From NCBI RefSeq assembly GCF_965262535.1, contig NZ_OZ253542.1: DNA of 64,000 bases, one strand, 5' to 3'. The translations under genes were made by a program, and so were the position numbers. The stretch comes from Brevundimonas sp. GTDB taxonomy: Bacteria; Pseudomonadota; Alphaproteobacteria; Caulobacterales; Caulobacteraceae. Shown in pieces: positions 42,625 through 52,142 of this stretch. How positions within the stretch are numbered: the first letter of the stretch is position 1; each line of letters begins with the position of its first letter. The notes under the pieces were generated by a model that was not told where the DNA came from, made no database searches, and saw only the letters and a list, made by a program, of their open reading frames with translations.

Positions 42625-43305
42625 ATGCCGAACGACACATCGCCCTCCTCCGCCGCCAACGATCGCATTCGTGCGTGGCGACAGGCGCGTCGCGAGGCGG
42701 GCCTGGTCAAGCTGGAGCTTTGGGTGCCTGCTTCCGCTCGTGACGACGTAAAGGCGGCCGTCCGCGCCATCGTCACAGATTCCACCCGCGGACCCGCCCT
42801 TGCCGGCCGGCCGCGCCGCCCCACTTCCGATTCCATCACCTCTGGAGACGACCATCATATGGACGCCGTGATCGAGACCCCTTGGACCGTGCCCGCCATC
42901 AAGGCGGCGCTGGACGGCTCCGCCCTGCTGCGTGACGGCGAAATGACCCTGCGCGTGGTCGAGGGCGCCGAGCCCGTTCTGCTGGCGACCATGCATGAAT
43001 ACGGCGACCTGCCGGTCTATCTCAGCGTCGGCGGGGCGCAGATCGTCTGTTCGGTGCTTCTGTGGCCCGTGTCGGAACAGGCCGACCGCCACGCCTTCAA
43101 CGAGTTCCTTTTGAAGGCCCAGCGCGTGGTGCCCTTGTCCAACTTCGCCATCACCAACGTCGGCGGCGAGGATGTGTACGAATTGATGGGCGAACTCTCT
43201 TGCAAGACGACGCTTCAGACCATCCTGATCGAACTGCGCACACTGGCCGAGAATGCGATCGACGCCACCGAACTGCGTGAAACCTTCGGCGCCGACGCCG
43301 CCTGA
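42625..43305 (+). CDS. DUF2170 (YjfI-like) protein with N-terminal putative DNA-binding extension
   Basis: C-terminal FNEFLLKAQRVVPLSNFAI...YELMGELS...ELRTLAENAIDA matches YjfI; N-terminal RIRAWRQARREAGLVKLELWVP. Confidence 0.82.
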   Translation: MPNDTSPSSAANDRIRAWRQARREAGLVKLELWVPASARDDVKAAVRAIVTDSTRGPALAGRPRRPTSDSITSGDDHHMDAVIETPWTVPAIKAALDGSALLRDGEMTLRVVEGAEPVLLATMHEYGDLPVYLSVGGAQIVCSVLLWPVSEQADRHAFNEFLLKAQRVVPLSNFAITNVGGEDVYELMGELSCKTTLQTILIELRTLAENAIDATELRETFGADAA

Positions 43306-43321
43306 TCCCGGAAGACCGACC

Positions 43322-44062
43322 ATGTCCATGCTCAGAAAACTGTCCGCCCTGTTTCGCGGCTCGGCCCATGACGCGGCTCAGGGCGTCGTCGACGCCAACG
43401 CGCTGAAGATTCTCGACCAGGAAATCCGCGACGCCGACAATGCTCAAGGCAAGGCGCGCGACGACCTGGCCGGCCTGGTGGCGCGCCGCCGGATGGCCGA
43501 GAACGAACTTGCATCTTTCAGGGACCAGATCGCGAAGTACGAAAGCTCGGCCCGCACCGCCCTGAGTCAGGGCAAGACCGACCTGGCGCGCGAAGTCGCC
43601 GGCCGCATCGCCGAGCTGGAAGTCGAGATCAACAGCCGTGGTCCGCTGATCGAGGATATGAAGACGGCCGAGACGCGCCTGCGCACCGCCATCGCCTCGA
43701 CCGACCAGAAGATCGAGACGCTTCGTCGCGAGATCGACATCGTCAAGGTCAACGATTCCGTCCAGCGCGCTCAGACCTCCGTCGCCCTGAACTCGGCCGG
43801 CGCCCAGTCGCGCATCGGCTCGGCCGCCGACAGCCTGCAGCGCATCAAACAGCGCCAGGCGATCCAGGAAGAGAAGCTGAACGCCAGCCAGGCGCTGGAA
43901 GACCGTCGCACCGGCGCGGACCTGGACGCCAAGCTGCGAGAGGCCGGCATCCTGCCCGGCCATTCGTCGGCCGACGACGTCCTGGCCCGCTTGAGCCAGC
44001 CGGAGGTGACGGTGGTCACGCCGCGCATCGGCCAATCCACGCCTGACAAAGACCCGGCCTGA
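43322..44062 (+). CDS. PspA/IM30 family protein (YjfJ-like)
   Basis: LKILDQEIRDA, coiled-coil, A...G..DLAREVA, SLQRIKQRQ, DDVLARL. Confidence 0.9.
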   Translation: MSMLRKLSALFRGSAHDAAQGVVDANALKILDQEIRDADNAQGKARDDLAGLVARRRMAENELASFRDQIAKYESSARTALSQGKTDLAREVAGRIAELEVEINSRGPLIEDMKTAETRLRTAIASTDQKIETLRREIDIVKVNDSVQRAQTSVALNSAGAQSRIGSAADSLQRIKQRQAIQEEKLNASQALEDRRTGADLDAKLREAGILPGHSSADDVLARLSQPEVTVVTPRIGQSTPDKDPA

Positions 44063-44065
44063 TCC

Positions 44066-45232
44066 ATGGAGCGTCTGCGCCTCGATCCCCGCACCGACTG
44101 GGACGCCAAGGCCGAGGAACTCGGCTTCACCTGGCGCCACACCGACGGCAAAACCTATTGGGACGAGACGGCGGCCTACGCCTTCTCCCTGGCCGAGATC
44201 GAGGACGGGATCGAGGCGCCGACCGAGGAACTGCACGGCCTGTGCCTGGAACTGGTCGACGAGGCCGTTCAGTCCGAGCGACTGATGGAGCAGCTCGATA
44301 TTCCCGAGGCCATGCGGGACTATGTGGCCGACAGCTGGAAGCGGGGCGATCCGTCCCTCTATGGCCGGTTCGACTTCGCCTATGACGGCACTGGTCCGGC
44401 CAAGCTGTATGAATACAACGCCGACACCCCGACCAGCATCTATGAGACGGCGGTGTTCCAGTGGTTGTGGCTGGAGGACCAGATCAAGGCCGGCGCCCTG
44501 CCCGCCGATGCGGATCAGTTCAACAGCCTGCACGAGAAGCTGGTCGACCGGTTCCGCGCCATCTTCCCGAACGGCGGCTTCGTGCATTTCGCCTCCGACG
44601 CCGATTTCGTCGAGGACCGCCAGACCGTGCGCTTCCTCGAAGACCTGGCCCAGCAGGCCGGGCTGGAGCCCCAGTTCGTCGCCATCGACCAGATCGGCCT
44701 GAACGCCGACGGCCGGTTCGTGGACCACGACAACTGGATCATCCAGGCGATGTTCAAACTGTATCCGTGGGAGCAGATGCTGCGCGACGAATACGCCGCG
44801 CCGCTGCCAACGGCGGACGTGACCGTGCTGGAACCGGCGTGGAAGAGCATCCTGTCCAACAAGGCCATACTGCCGCTGTTGTGGGAGCGGCATGCGGGCC
44901 ACCCCAACCTGCTGGAAAGCTATTTCGAGGGCGATCCGGCCGAGGCGGCGCTGGGCTCGTCCTATGTGCGTAAGCCCCTGTTCTCGCGCGAGGGCGACAA
45001 TGTCGAACTGATCGACCAGGGCCAAAGCGCCGCCGAGGTCGTTGACGGCGGCTATGGCGAAGGCCGCTACATCCGCCAGGCCCTGCACAATCCGCCGAAC
45101 TTCGACGGCAACCATGTGATCGTCGGGTCATGGGTGGTCGGAACCGAACCCGCCGGAATCAGTCTGCGCGAGGATATCGGCCGTATCACCCGCAACACCT
45201 CCCGCTTCGTGCCTCATTTTATCCGCCAGTGA
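44066..45232 (+). CDS. Glutathionylspermidine synthase-like ATP-grasp protein (YgiC/YjfC type, no amidase domain)
   Basis: YWDE, LYGRFDFAY, KLYEYNADTPTS, EPAWKSILSNKAILP, KPLFSREG, SRFVPH. Confidence 0.92.
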   Translation: MERLRLDPRTDWDAKAEELGFTWRHTDGKTYWDETAAYAFSLAEIEDGIEAPTEELHGLCLELVDEAVQSERLMEQLDIPEAMRDYVADSWKRGDPSLYGRFDFAYDGTGPAKLYEYNADTPTSIYETAVFQWLWLEDQIKAGALPADADQFNSLHEKLVDRFRAIFPNGGFVHFASDADFVEDRQTVRFLEDLAQQAGLEPQFVAIDQIGLNADGRFVDHDNWIIQAMFKLYPWEQMLRDEYAAPLPTADVTVLEPAWKSILSNKAILPLLWERHAGHPNLLESYFEGDPAEAALGSSYVRKPLFSREGDNVELIDQGQSAAEVVDGGYGEGRYIRQALHNPPNFDGNHVIVGSWVVGTEPAGISLREDIGRITRNTSRFVPHFIRQ

Positions 45233-45940
45233 GACGGCCTCAGCGCAAACTCCGAGGCCGTCCTTCTAAGGATGCGGCTTTACAACCCGTTCAGCACCGC
45301 TCCAGACGTCTTTGCGAACCGCGCCGGACGCCTGGGCGGGCTTCGGTCTGCAGGTCAGCCAGCAATTGGACTGCGGCCTGAGCATGTAACGCAGCCCCTA
45401 TAGATCTGGTTGGTGTGCTCGGAGCGCCGCCGTAGCGCCTAGGCGGCGACGGGTTCCGGCCTTCCTGACTTGCCGCTCGATTTGCTCGATCCCGTCAGCA
45501 AAGGAGGCTCGACCGACTATCCGCCCGTCTGAGACAGCCGCTACGACTACATCGCGACCGGCCTCTGTGTTCAGGATAGGATCGCCTCGAACGCTTGAGG
45601 CCCGTTGCCGGGTGCTCGCGGCCGGAGGCGGTGAAGACCTACGCCTTCACCGCCCACTTCATCGGTCCGGGCGTCAGCAGCACCCACCGGCCGTTCTTAG
45701 CGTGAGCAGGGCTGACGTATCTGGTCACGCCACACTGGTCGATCTACCGGAGTTGGCATGCTCCTCGAAAGCCGTGTTCGCGGCGTCGAGATCGAGGTCG
45801 CGGCCCGGCCGTTAGATGCGTAGACCTTGGTCGCCTGCTACGCTTTCGGCTTCAGTGAGAGCCGTTTTCGCCGCGCACGACAGCCGGGGCGAGCGCCGTT
45901 GGAACGGCGGCGCCTCCGAGGGCCTGACAGACGTTCGAGG

Positions 45941-47161
45941 TCAACGCCCGCGTCCCCCTTCGGGGCTGCGAGGCGACGAAACCGGGTTGGCCCTTGATCC
46001 GCCGGGGAAGGGTTTGACGACATAATCGTTGGCGAAGATGTTGGGGGCGAACGGATAGTCGGTCGAGATGATCTGGGCGCCGCTGGCCAGGGCCGCGTCG
46101 CGCCGCGTCACATCGTTCGTGCGCGCCTCGCCGGTGTCGATGTCGGAACGGGTGCGCACCAGATAGCCGCGTGAAACCAGGTCGCGGATTTCGTCGCCGT
46201 GCGTCAGCACGTTGTCGATCATGACGAAGGCGGCGTGGGGCATGCCGGGCCGCCCCTGAACGAAGGCCATTCGCCCCTCCAGGTTCGGATGGCCCTCCAT
46301 ATAGGGCGCGAATGTCGCCAGGTTCAGACCCGGCACTATCATCAGGAAGACGATCTTGCCGCGCGCCGCCTCCAGCGTGGGCCAGCCGCCATCAAGCGCA
46401 GCGGCTTCCAGCGTCGCATGATCGCCGCGCACGTCGTCGGGCGTGATGACCCGCTCGCGTCCTATGATCTCCGCGATGGAGGCGTCCATTTCGGCGAAGG
46501 CGCGGGCGTCGAACGGATCGAGCGGCGTGGCGTCCGGCGCGAAGGCGGCCAGGCTTTGGAACTTCGGCTCCAGCAGGATGAACACCGGCGAATGCCCGGG
46601 ATTGGCGTCCGACCAGGCCCGGACCTGTTGCAGACACAGCCGGAAGGTCGGGCAGTGGCTGCGGAAATCCACGTCCACGGCGTGCATGACCTTCAGCCCC
46701 GGCTGGGCCAGAGCCTGATCGTAAAGGGGGGCCAGATCCTTGGCGCCCTGTTCGCGCAGGATACGATAGGGCAGCGGATTGCTGAACCGCCCCCCCTCGT
46801 GGTCGACGTTCAGATCGAACTCCAGGCTGCGCAGACCCGCCCGCAGCTGCGCCTCGATCGGCGGATGGATATATTCCAGCCCGGACTGCAGATCCTCAAA
46901 GATCGCATTGGGGTGTTCGTCGCGCAGCACCGCCATCGCCTCGGCGGGCAGGCTGGAGAATATGCGGTCCAGCATGGGCTGAAGCATGGGCTTCATCACC
47001 GAAAAGACCCGAGGGTCCGCCGGCTGGCTGTAGCTGTTGTGCGTGCCGATCACCTGGATCTGGTTCAGGCGGGGCTGCGGCGTTTGCGCGGCGGCGGAGG
47101 CGGCGATGGCGATCGCCGCCAATGCGGCGGAGGCTGACAGAAGGGCTTTCATGACGCTCAT
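45941..47161 (-). CDS. Secreted Ca2+-dependent PI-PLC-like phosphodiesterase (SaPLC1-like)
   Basis: Signal peptide; LNQIQVIGTHNSY, LRSLEFD, HAVDVDFRSHC, GHSPVFILLEPK, GYLVRTRSD, GAQIISTDY. Confidence 0.82.
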   Translation of the reverse strand: MSVMKALLSASAALAAIAIAASAAAQTPQPRLNQIQVIGTHNSYSQPADPRVFSVMKPMLQPMLDRIFSSLPAEAMAVLRDEHPNAIFEDLQSGLEYIHPPIEAQLRAGLRSLEFDLNVDHEGGRFSNPLPYRILREQGAKDLAPLYDQALAQPGLKVMHAVDVDFRSHCPTFRLCLQQVRAWSDANPGHSPVFILLEPKFQSLAAFAPDATPLDPFDARAFAEMDASIAEIIGRERVITPDDVRGDHATLEAAALDGGWPTLEAARGKIVFLMIVPGLNLATFAPYMEGHPNLEGRMAFVQGRPGMPHAAFVMIDNVLTHGDEIRDLVSRGYLVRTRSDIDTGEARTNDVTRRDAALASGAQIISTDYPFAPNIFANDYVVKPFPGGSRANPVSSPRSPEGGRGR

Positions 47162-49458
47162 CCTTCGATACGGAAGCGCAGGCCGAAGAAGCGCGGATTG
47201 GCGCGGATCGCCGTCGGCACGCCGAAACTCTTGCCGCCGTTGCCCACATCGCGGACCCAGTCCTGATCGAACAGGTTCTCGCCATACAGTTCGATGCGCA
47301 GACCGTCCTGGCGCTCCAGGCCCAGGCGCAGATCGAACAGGCCGAACGCCTTCTGCATCTCCGTCTCGAGGTTGTCGTTGTTCATGTAGAACTTGGACCG
47401 CCAGGCGTAGTTGCCGTTGGCGAACACCTCCCAGCCGGACGCCACCGGCCGGCGCCAATCGGCGCCGATCGAGGCGGTGTGTTTCGGCGCCATTCTGAAG
47501 ACATTGCCCGAACGGTCGGTCAGCACCCCGCCGACGACTTCATAGAATTCGTCATACTGGCTGTGAAGATAGGCGTAGGCGGCCGTCAGCTTGAGGTCAG
47601 GCGAAACCCGCCAGGTCGTATTGGTCTCAAGCCCATAGGCCGAAGCCTTGCCCGCATTCACGGTGCCGACCGTGATGTCGATCGCGCGGGTCTGGAAGTC
47701 GTTGTAGTCGTAGGTGAAGGCGGCCGCCTCGAAATACAGGTTGCGGCCCAGATTGCCCTTGGCGCCGATCTCGTAGTTGACGATCTCTTCGGTCTTCAGT
47801 TCGTTGTAGATCGGCCGTGCAGACCCCGCGACCGGCGCCGCGAAGCTCACCTGCGGATACCCTGAACGCAGTCCGCGCGACACGCCGGCATAGGCGTTGA
47901 CCGCGTCCGTCACCCGCCACGTCACCGAGGCGCGCGGCTGGACCAGATTGTATTCGCCGGTGTTGGAGAACGCCTGCCCCAGGGAGTTGCCTAGGCCATT
48001 GGGCAGGGCGATGGGCGCAACGCCGTCGATCGTCGACACCCGGGCCGAGTTGCTGACCGTGGCCTGATCGTAGGTGTAGCGCAGGCCCACATCCAGGGTC
48101 AGTCGCGGCGCCAGATCATAGCTGACGTTGCCATAGGCGGACCAACTGTCGCGGTCATTGCGGGTGGAGTTGAGATTGGTCACGCCCTTCGTCACCGGCA
48201 GGAACACGCCCGGCGCCACCTGAAGCCGGGTGACGGGCGTGGTGGCTTTCGGGAAACCCGCCAGCAGCAGCTGTTCGTTCAAGGTCAGCTCGACCAGATT
48301 ATAGGTCTTGTCGTTGTAGTAGCTGACGCCGAAGGCCGTACGGAAGCGACCGCCGTCGTCGTAGTTCAGGCGCAGTTCCTGGCTGAGAATCTTCTGGTCG
48401 TCGGCCAGATTGCGGCCGATGGCGAACTCATAGGAAGTGCCGTCGATATCCCACGACTCCTCGAAGTCGACCTTACGCCAGGCGCTGATTGAGCGAAGGC
48501 TCCAGGCGTCGTTGACGTCCCACTGGCCGATCAGGGTCGCGCCGGTCTGGCTGCGATGCTGGGGCGGGTCGTAATAGTTCTGGGCCGCGTCGCTGAACGG
48601 ATTGGTGTCTCCGCCGGGCGAGGCGATATTGATCGCCTTGGTCATAGCCGCGGCGTCGGCGTCGGTCTGATGATCGATGATCAGATCGAAAAAGGCGTTC
48701 GGCGTCGCCAGCCAACGCAGCGAAGCCCGCGCGGCCCACAGGTCGTCGTCGTTCAACATCCGGCCATCGACGATGTTGCGGGCATAACCGTCACGCTCGC
48801 GACGGCGCACGGCGACACGCAGCCCCAGCTCGTCCTGCACGATCGGCACGTTCAGAACGCCCGTCACCCCATAGAGGTTGTAGTTGCCGAGCTGACCTTC
48901 CATCGACCAAGCCGTTTCCGATGGATCGGCGCGACGGGTATAGACGGCGATGGCGCCGGTCTGTGATCCACGGCCATACAGGGCGCCTTGCGGCCCCTTG
49001 GCGATCTCGACCCGCTCGATATCGAACAACTCCTTCAGCGCGCCGCGCGACCGGCTGGTGTCGACATCGTTCAGAAAGAACGAGATGCCCGGCTCCGACG
49101 CCGCGCCCGCACTGGCCGCCTCGACGCCGCGCATGACGAAACTGGCCGAACTGTCCGTCTGCTGCTGCACGAAGAAGCCCGGCGTCCGCAGGGACAGCCG
49201 CTCGAAATCGGTCAGATTCTCGCGATCCAGGGCCTCGGCGCCGAAGGCGACGATGGAGATGGGCACATCCTTCAAGCGCTGCTCGCGCTTTTGAGCCGTG
49301 ACGATCACCTCGTCGACGAGGCTCGCCTGTCCGGCGCCGACGTCTTGAGCGAACGCTTGTTCAGCCGCCAGACCGCTGACGCCGCACATGAGAAGAAGAC
49401 GGAACGCCGCCTGAGAAAACCGGAACGACACTGGAAAAACCCCCTGCTGGACAACCAC
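47158..49458 (-). CDS. TonB-dependent receptor
   Basis: EVIVTAQKREQ...VPISI, ERVEIAKGPQGALYGRGSQTGAI plug; beta-barrel. Start uncertain (GTG 49431 is an alternative). Confidence 0.92.
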   Translation of the reverse strand: MVVQQGVFPVSFRFSQAAFRLLLMCGVSGLAAEQAFAQDVGAGQASLVDEVIVTAQKREQRLKDVPISIVAFGAEALDRENLTDFERLSLRTPGFFVQQQTDSSASFVMRGVEAASAGAASEPGISFFLNDVDTSRSRGALKELFDIERVEIAKGPQGALYGRGSQTGAIAVYTRRADPSETAWSMEGQLGNYNLYGVTGVLNVPIVQDELGLRVAVRRRERDGYARNIVDGRMLNDDDLWAARASLRWLATPNAFFDLIIDHQTDADAAAMTKAINIASPGGDTNPFSDAAQNYYDPPQHRSQTGATLIGQWDVNDAWSLRSISAWRKVDFEESWDIDGTSYEFAIGRNLADDQKILSQELRLNYDDGGRFRTAFGVSYYNDKTYNLVELTLNEQLLLAGFPKATTPVTRLQVAPGVFLPVTKGVTNLNSTRNDRDSWSAYGNVSYDLAPRLTLDVGLRYTYDQATVSNSARVSTIDGVAPIALPNGLGNSLGQAFSNTGEYNLVQPRASVTWRVTDAVNAYAGVSRGLRSGYPQVSFAAPVAGSARPIYNELKTEEIVNYEIGAKGNLGRNLYFEAAAFTYDYNDFQTRAIDITVGTVNAGKASAYGLETNTTWRVSPDLKLTAAYAYLHSQYDEFYEVVGGVLTDRSGNVFRMAPKHTASIGADWRRPVASGWEVFANGNYAWRSKFYMNNDNLETEMQKAFGLFDLRLGLERQDGLRIELYGENLFDQDWVRDVGNGGKSFGVPTAIRANPRFFGLRFRIEG

Positions 49459-49557
49459 GCGGGGGGCTTATGACGGGCGATGATGACGCCAACATAACAC
49501 TTGTACGAAACTTGACACCGACACGACGGCGCAAACCCGAAAAGTGCGAACGGTTGT

Positions 49558-50763
49558 TCAGTTTCTCAGATTGACCAGCAGCCAGGATCGCAGGGCGTCG
49601 AATCTGTTTTCGCCATCCACGCTGCTCAGGGCGGCGGCGCCGATGCCGGCAAGGGCCGCCACCTGCCCATCCAGACCGTCGATATGAGTCCAGCCTTCTT
49701 CCCGCAGAGTGTGGACGTAGTTTTCTCCGCGCAGACGTCGCAAGTCGATCGCCTGCGCCGCCAGGGTCTCGTTTCTCGCCGCGGCCAGGGCGAAGTAGAG
49801 CGTACCGCGAACGACGACGGCCGCCCTTCGCTCGAACGAATCCGGCGCGGGCGCGGGCGCGGGCGCCCGCCCCTGGGCTACCAAATAGACCATGGCGAGC
49901 GCCGCGCGCGTCAGGTCCGCAGCCCCTCGAAAATGATAGGCAACCGTCGAACCGGGAATGCCGGCCCTTTCACCGACGGCCCTGTGGGTGACGCCGTCCA
50001 CACCCTCGTCCAGCAGGAGGCCGCACGCCGCCAGGGCGATATCGTGCCGGCGGCCGTGCGCCTGCAGATCTGAAACCCGGTCTCGTCCCGGCAGATCCAG
50101 ACCGGGATCCAGACGCTCGACCAGACCGGAAAAGGCGCGTGCGAGCGGGCCGCGCCGCCCAGGGTCCAGTCGATGAGAAAGCCGCTCCACCGCCAGACGA
50201 CGCAGCAGCCGGTAATCCGCATCGTGAGCCAGGGCCAGGCTGTGGACTCCCTCGTCGACGGTATAGGCCCAACAAGTAGGCCCCCACATCGCGGCGTCCG
50301 CGATGCGGCCCTCGAACAGGTCCGACCAGAAGGCCCGTCTCTCCAGAAACCACGGCCGCATCAACGCCTGGAGGTCGCCATCCTGCGGCGCCCGCAACAG
50401 CAGGTCCGTCCAGATCATCTGCGTCAATCGCGCGTCGTCGCGCGAGATCGCTTCCAGATAATGCTCAAGCAGGGTCGCGACCGCGGTCGCATCCAGCCGA
50501 TCCAGCGCCGCGAACCGCGCCAACCAGGCCCCGTGCCAGGCGCGATCCCGCGCTCTCTCGGCTTCAACGACATCCGACAGGATCTGGGCCTTGGCGCCGA
50601 GGTGATAGGTCAGGGCGCCGGCGGTCGTGCCTGCCGCCTCGCCCAATCGGCGAAAGCTCATCGAGCGCAGGCCGCCCATGGCCAACTCGCGACGCGCCGC
50701 CTCCATCATCCGCTCCGACGCCGGCGGCGACGAGGAAGGACGCAAATCGGGATCAGACGCCAT
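49558..50763 (-). CDS. Tandem double-TetR regulator
   Basis: Two HTH motifs: SMSFRRLGEAAGTTAGALTYHLG and GVTHRAVGERAGIPGSTVAYHFR; 401 aa. Confidence 0.82.
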   Translation of the reverse strand: MASDPDLRPSSSPPASERMMEAARRELAMGGLRSMSFRRLGEAAGTTAGALTYHLGAKAQILSDVVEAERARDRAWHGAWLARFAALDRLDATAVATLLEHYLEAISRDDARLTQMIWTDLLLRAPQDGDLQALMRPWFLERRAFWSDLFEGRIADAAMWGPTCWAYTVDEGVHSLALAHDADYRLLRRLAVERLSHRLDPGRRGPLARAFSGLVERLDPGLDLPGRDRVSDLQAHGRRHDIALAACGLLLDEGVDGVTHRAVGERAGIPGSTVAYHFRGAADLTRAALAMVYLVAQGRAPAPAPAPDSFERRAAVVVRGTLYFALAAARNETLAAQAIDLRRLRGENYVHTLREEGWTHIDGLDGQVAALAGIGAAALSSVDGENRFDALRSWLLVNLRN

Positions 50764-50849
50764 GGTTTTCGCCGAAAGTCAGTGCGCAGGCTCGCGAACC
50801 AGGGCGGTATTAGGCGGCCAATGGTGGAGCGAAAAGCCCCGCCTGCGCC

Positions 50850-52142
50850 TTACGCCGCTCTCGATGCTCGCCATGACACGGCGATGAGGGCGCAGATCGC
50901 CGCACCGAACATGGGCGAGCCCGCGATCAGCAGCAGCAGCCCGTCCGTATCGGCCGCCCGATAGTCGAACCGCCCCAGCAACGCGCCTAGCCCCAGCGCG
51001 CTTACGGCCGGCGCCGTCTTGGACACAGCGGTCAGCGCGCCGTAGATCAGCCCGACCTGGGCCCTTGGCCGCGCCGCCGCCTCCTCGGCCGCCGTGGACC
51101 AGATCAACTGGTTCAGCCCTCCGCTGGCGATGCCGATGACGCCCGCCGCCGCCGTCGCGGCCCAGGGCGTCCGCGCCGCCAATCCGAAAGCCAGAGCGCC
51201 GGCCATCAGAGCCAGGCTCATTATCCCTAACGCCCTGCCCCGCTCCAGACTTGCAATCACCCGTTCCCAGACCGGCTGGGACAGCATCACCCCGCACGCG
51301 CCGGCGATCGCCAGCGCGCCCGCCCATACAGGCGACCCCAGCACATAGGCGACGTAATAGGGTTCCAACTTTGCGAAGGCCGACACCGCCAAAAGAAACG
51401 CGAACGCCATGCCGTAGAGCGGCGCAAGGGCGATCATCGCGGACCAGTCGCCTGACCCCACCCTCGTCTCGCGCGGCGAGGAAGAGGCGTTGTCCGACCA
51501 CTGGCCGGACAGCGCGTGCTGCAGCCACAGCGCCGTGCCCAGCCCGATGACCGTCATCGCCGCCCCCAGCCAGACGAACAGGGCCGCGCGTCGATCCGCA
51601 CCCGAGAACGCCTCGGAAGCGAGAACAGGCAGGATCGCCGCAGCCAATAGCAGCGCCGCCAGACCGCTGGTCGCCACCCTCAGGGCCGCGACCCGCGACC
51701 TCGACCAGGCGTCCGTCGTAGCCAGGGTCATCAAGGCGTTCTGCGGCGTGTCATAAAGGCTGTAGGCCGCCCGAAACGCCAGCAGGGTGGCGATCACCCA
51801 CCCCAACCGCACGTCGTCCGGCGCCAGCGGCGTCAAGAACAGCCCCACCAACGCCATGCTCGCCAGCACACATCCCACGACCTGCAAGACGGCGGCGGAG
51901 CGTGTAAACGACAGCCGGCGCCGCAGGGTCCGGCCTATCACCACGTCGGTCGCGGCGCTGAGCAGCAGACTGCCCGCCAGAACCCCTCCCATCATCAGCG
52001 GCGACAGTCCCGCGACCTCGGTCAGGAAGAACGCCAGCAACAGCGTTCCGCAGTTCCAGAACAGGCTCTTTCCGAAATGCGCGGCGCAATAGGCCAGCGT
52101 CAGCCCACGATCCCGACCGATGGAACGCCTTTCCGCCGACAT
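50850..52142 (-). CDS. MFS transporter, glycoside-pentoside-hexuronide (MelB-like) type
   Basis: HFGKSLFWN, DVVIGR, AYSLYDTPQNALM...RSRVAALR; 12 TM pattern. Confidence 0.78.
   Translation of the reverse strand: MSAERRSIGRDRGLTLAYCAAHFGKSLFWNCGTLLLAFFLTEVAGLSPLMMGGVLAGSLLLSAATDVVIGRTLRRRLSFTRSAAVLQVVGCVLASMALVGLFLTPLAPDDVRLGWVIATLLAFRAAYSLYDTPQNALMTLATTDAWSRSRVAALRVATSGLAALLLAAAILPVLASEAFSGADRRAALFVWLGAAMTVIGLGTALWLQHALSGQWSDNASSSPRETRVGSGDWSAMIALAPLYGMAFAFLLAVSAFAKLEPYYVAYVLGSPVWAGALAIAGACGVMLSQPVWERVIASLERGRALGIMSLALMAGALAFGLAARTPWAATAAAGVIGIASGGLNQLIWSTAAEEAAARPRAQVGLIYGALTAVSKTAPAVSALGLGALLGRFDYRAADTDGLLLLIAGSPMFGAAICALIAVSWRASRAA

Noticed and set aside
42625-42858. Type II toxin-antitoxin pair suggested by the antitoxin-like N-terminus
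   Set aside because: The segment is fused in frame to DUF2170 and there is no adjacent toxin gene.
44066-45232. True glutathionylspermidine synthetase/amidase
   Set aside because: No N-terminal amidase domain; size and context match the YgiC/YjfC subgroup, which lacks that activity.
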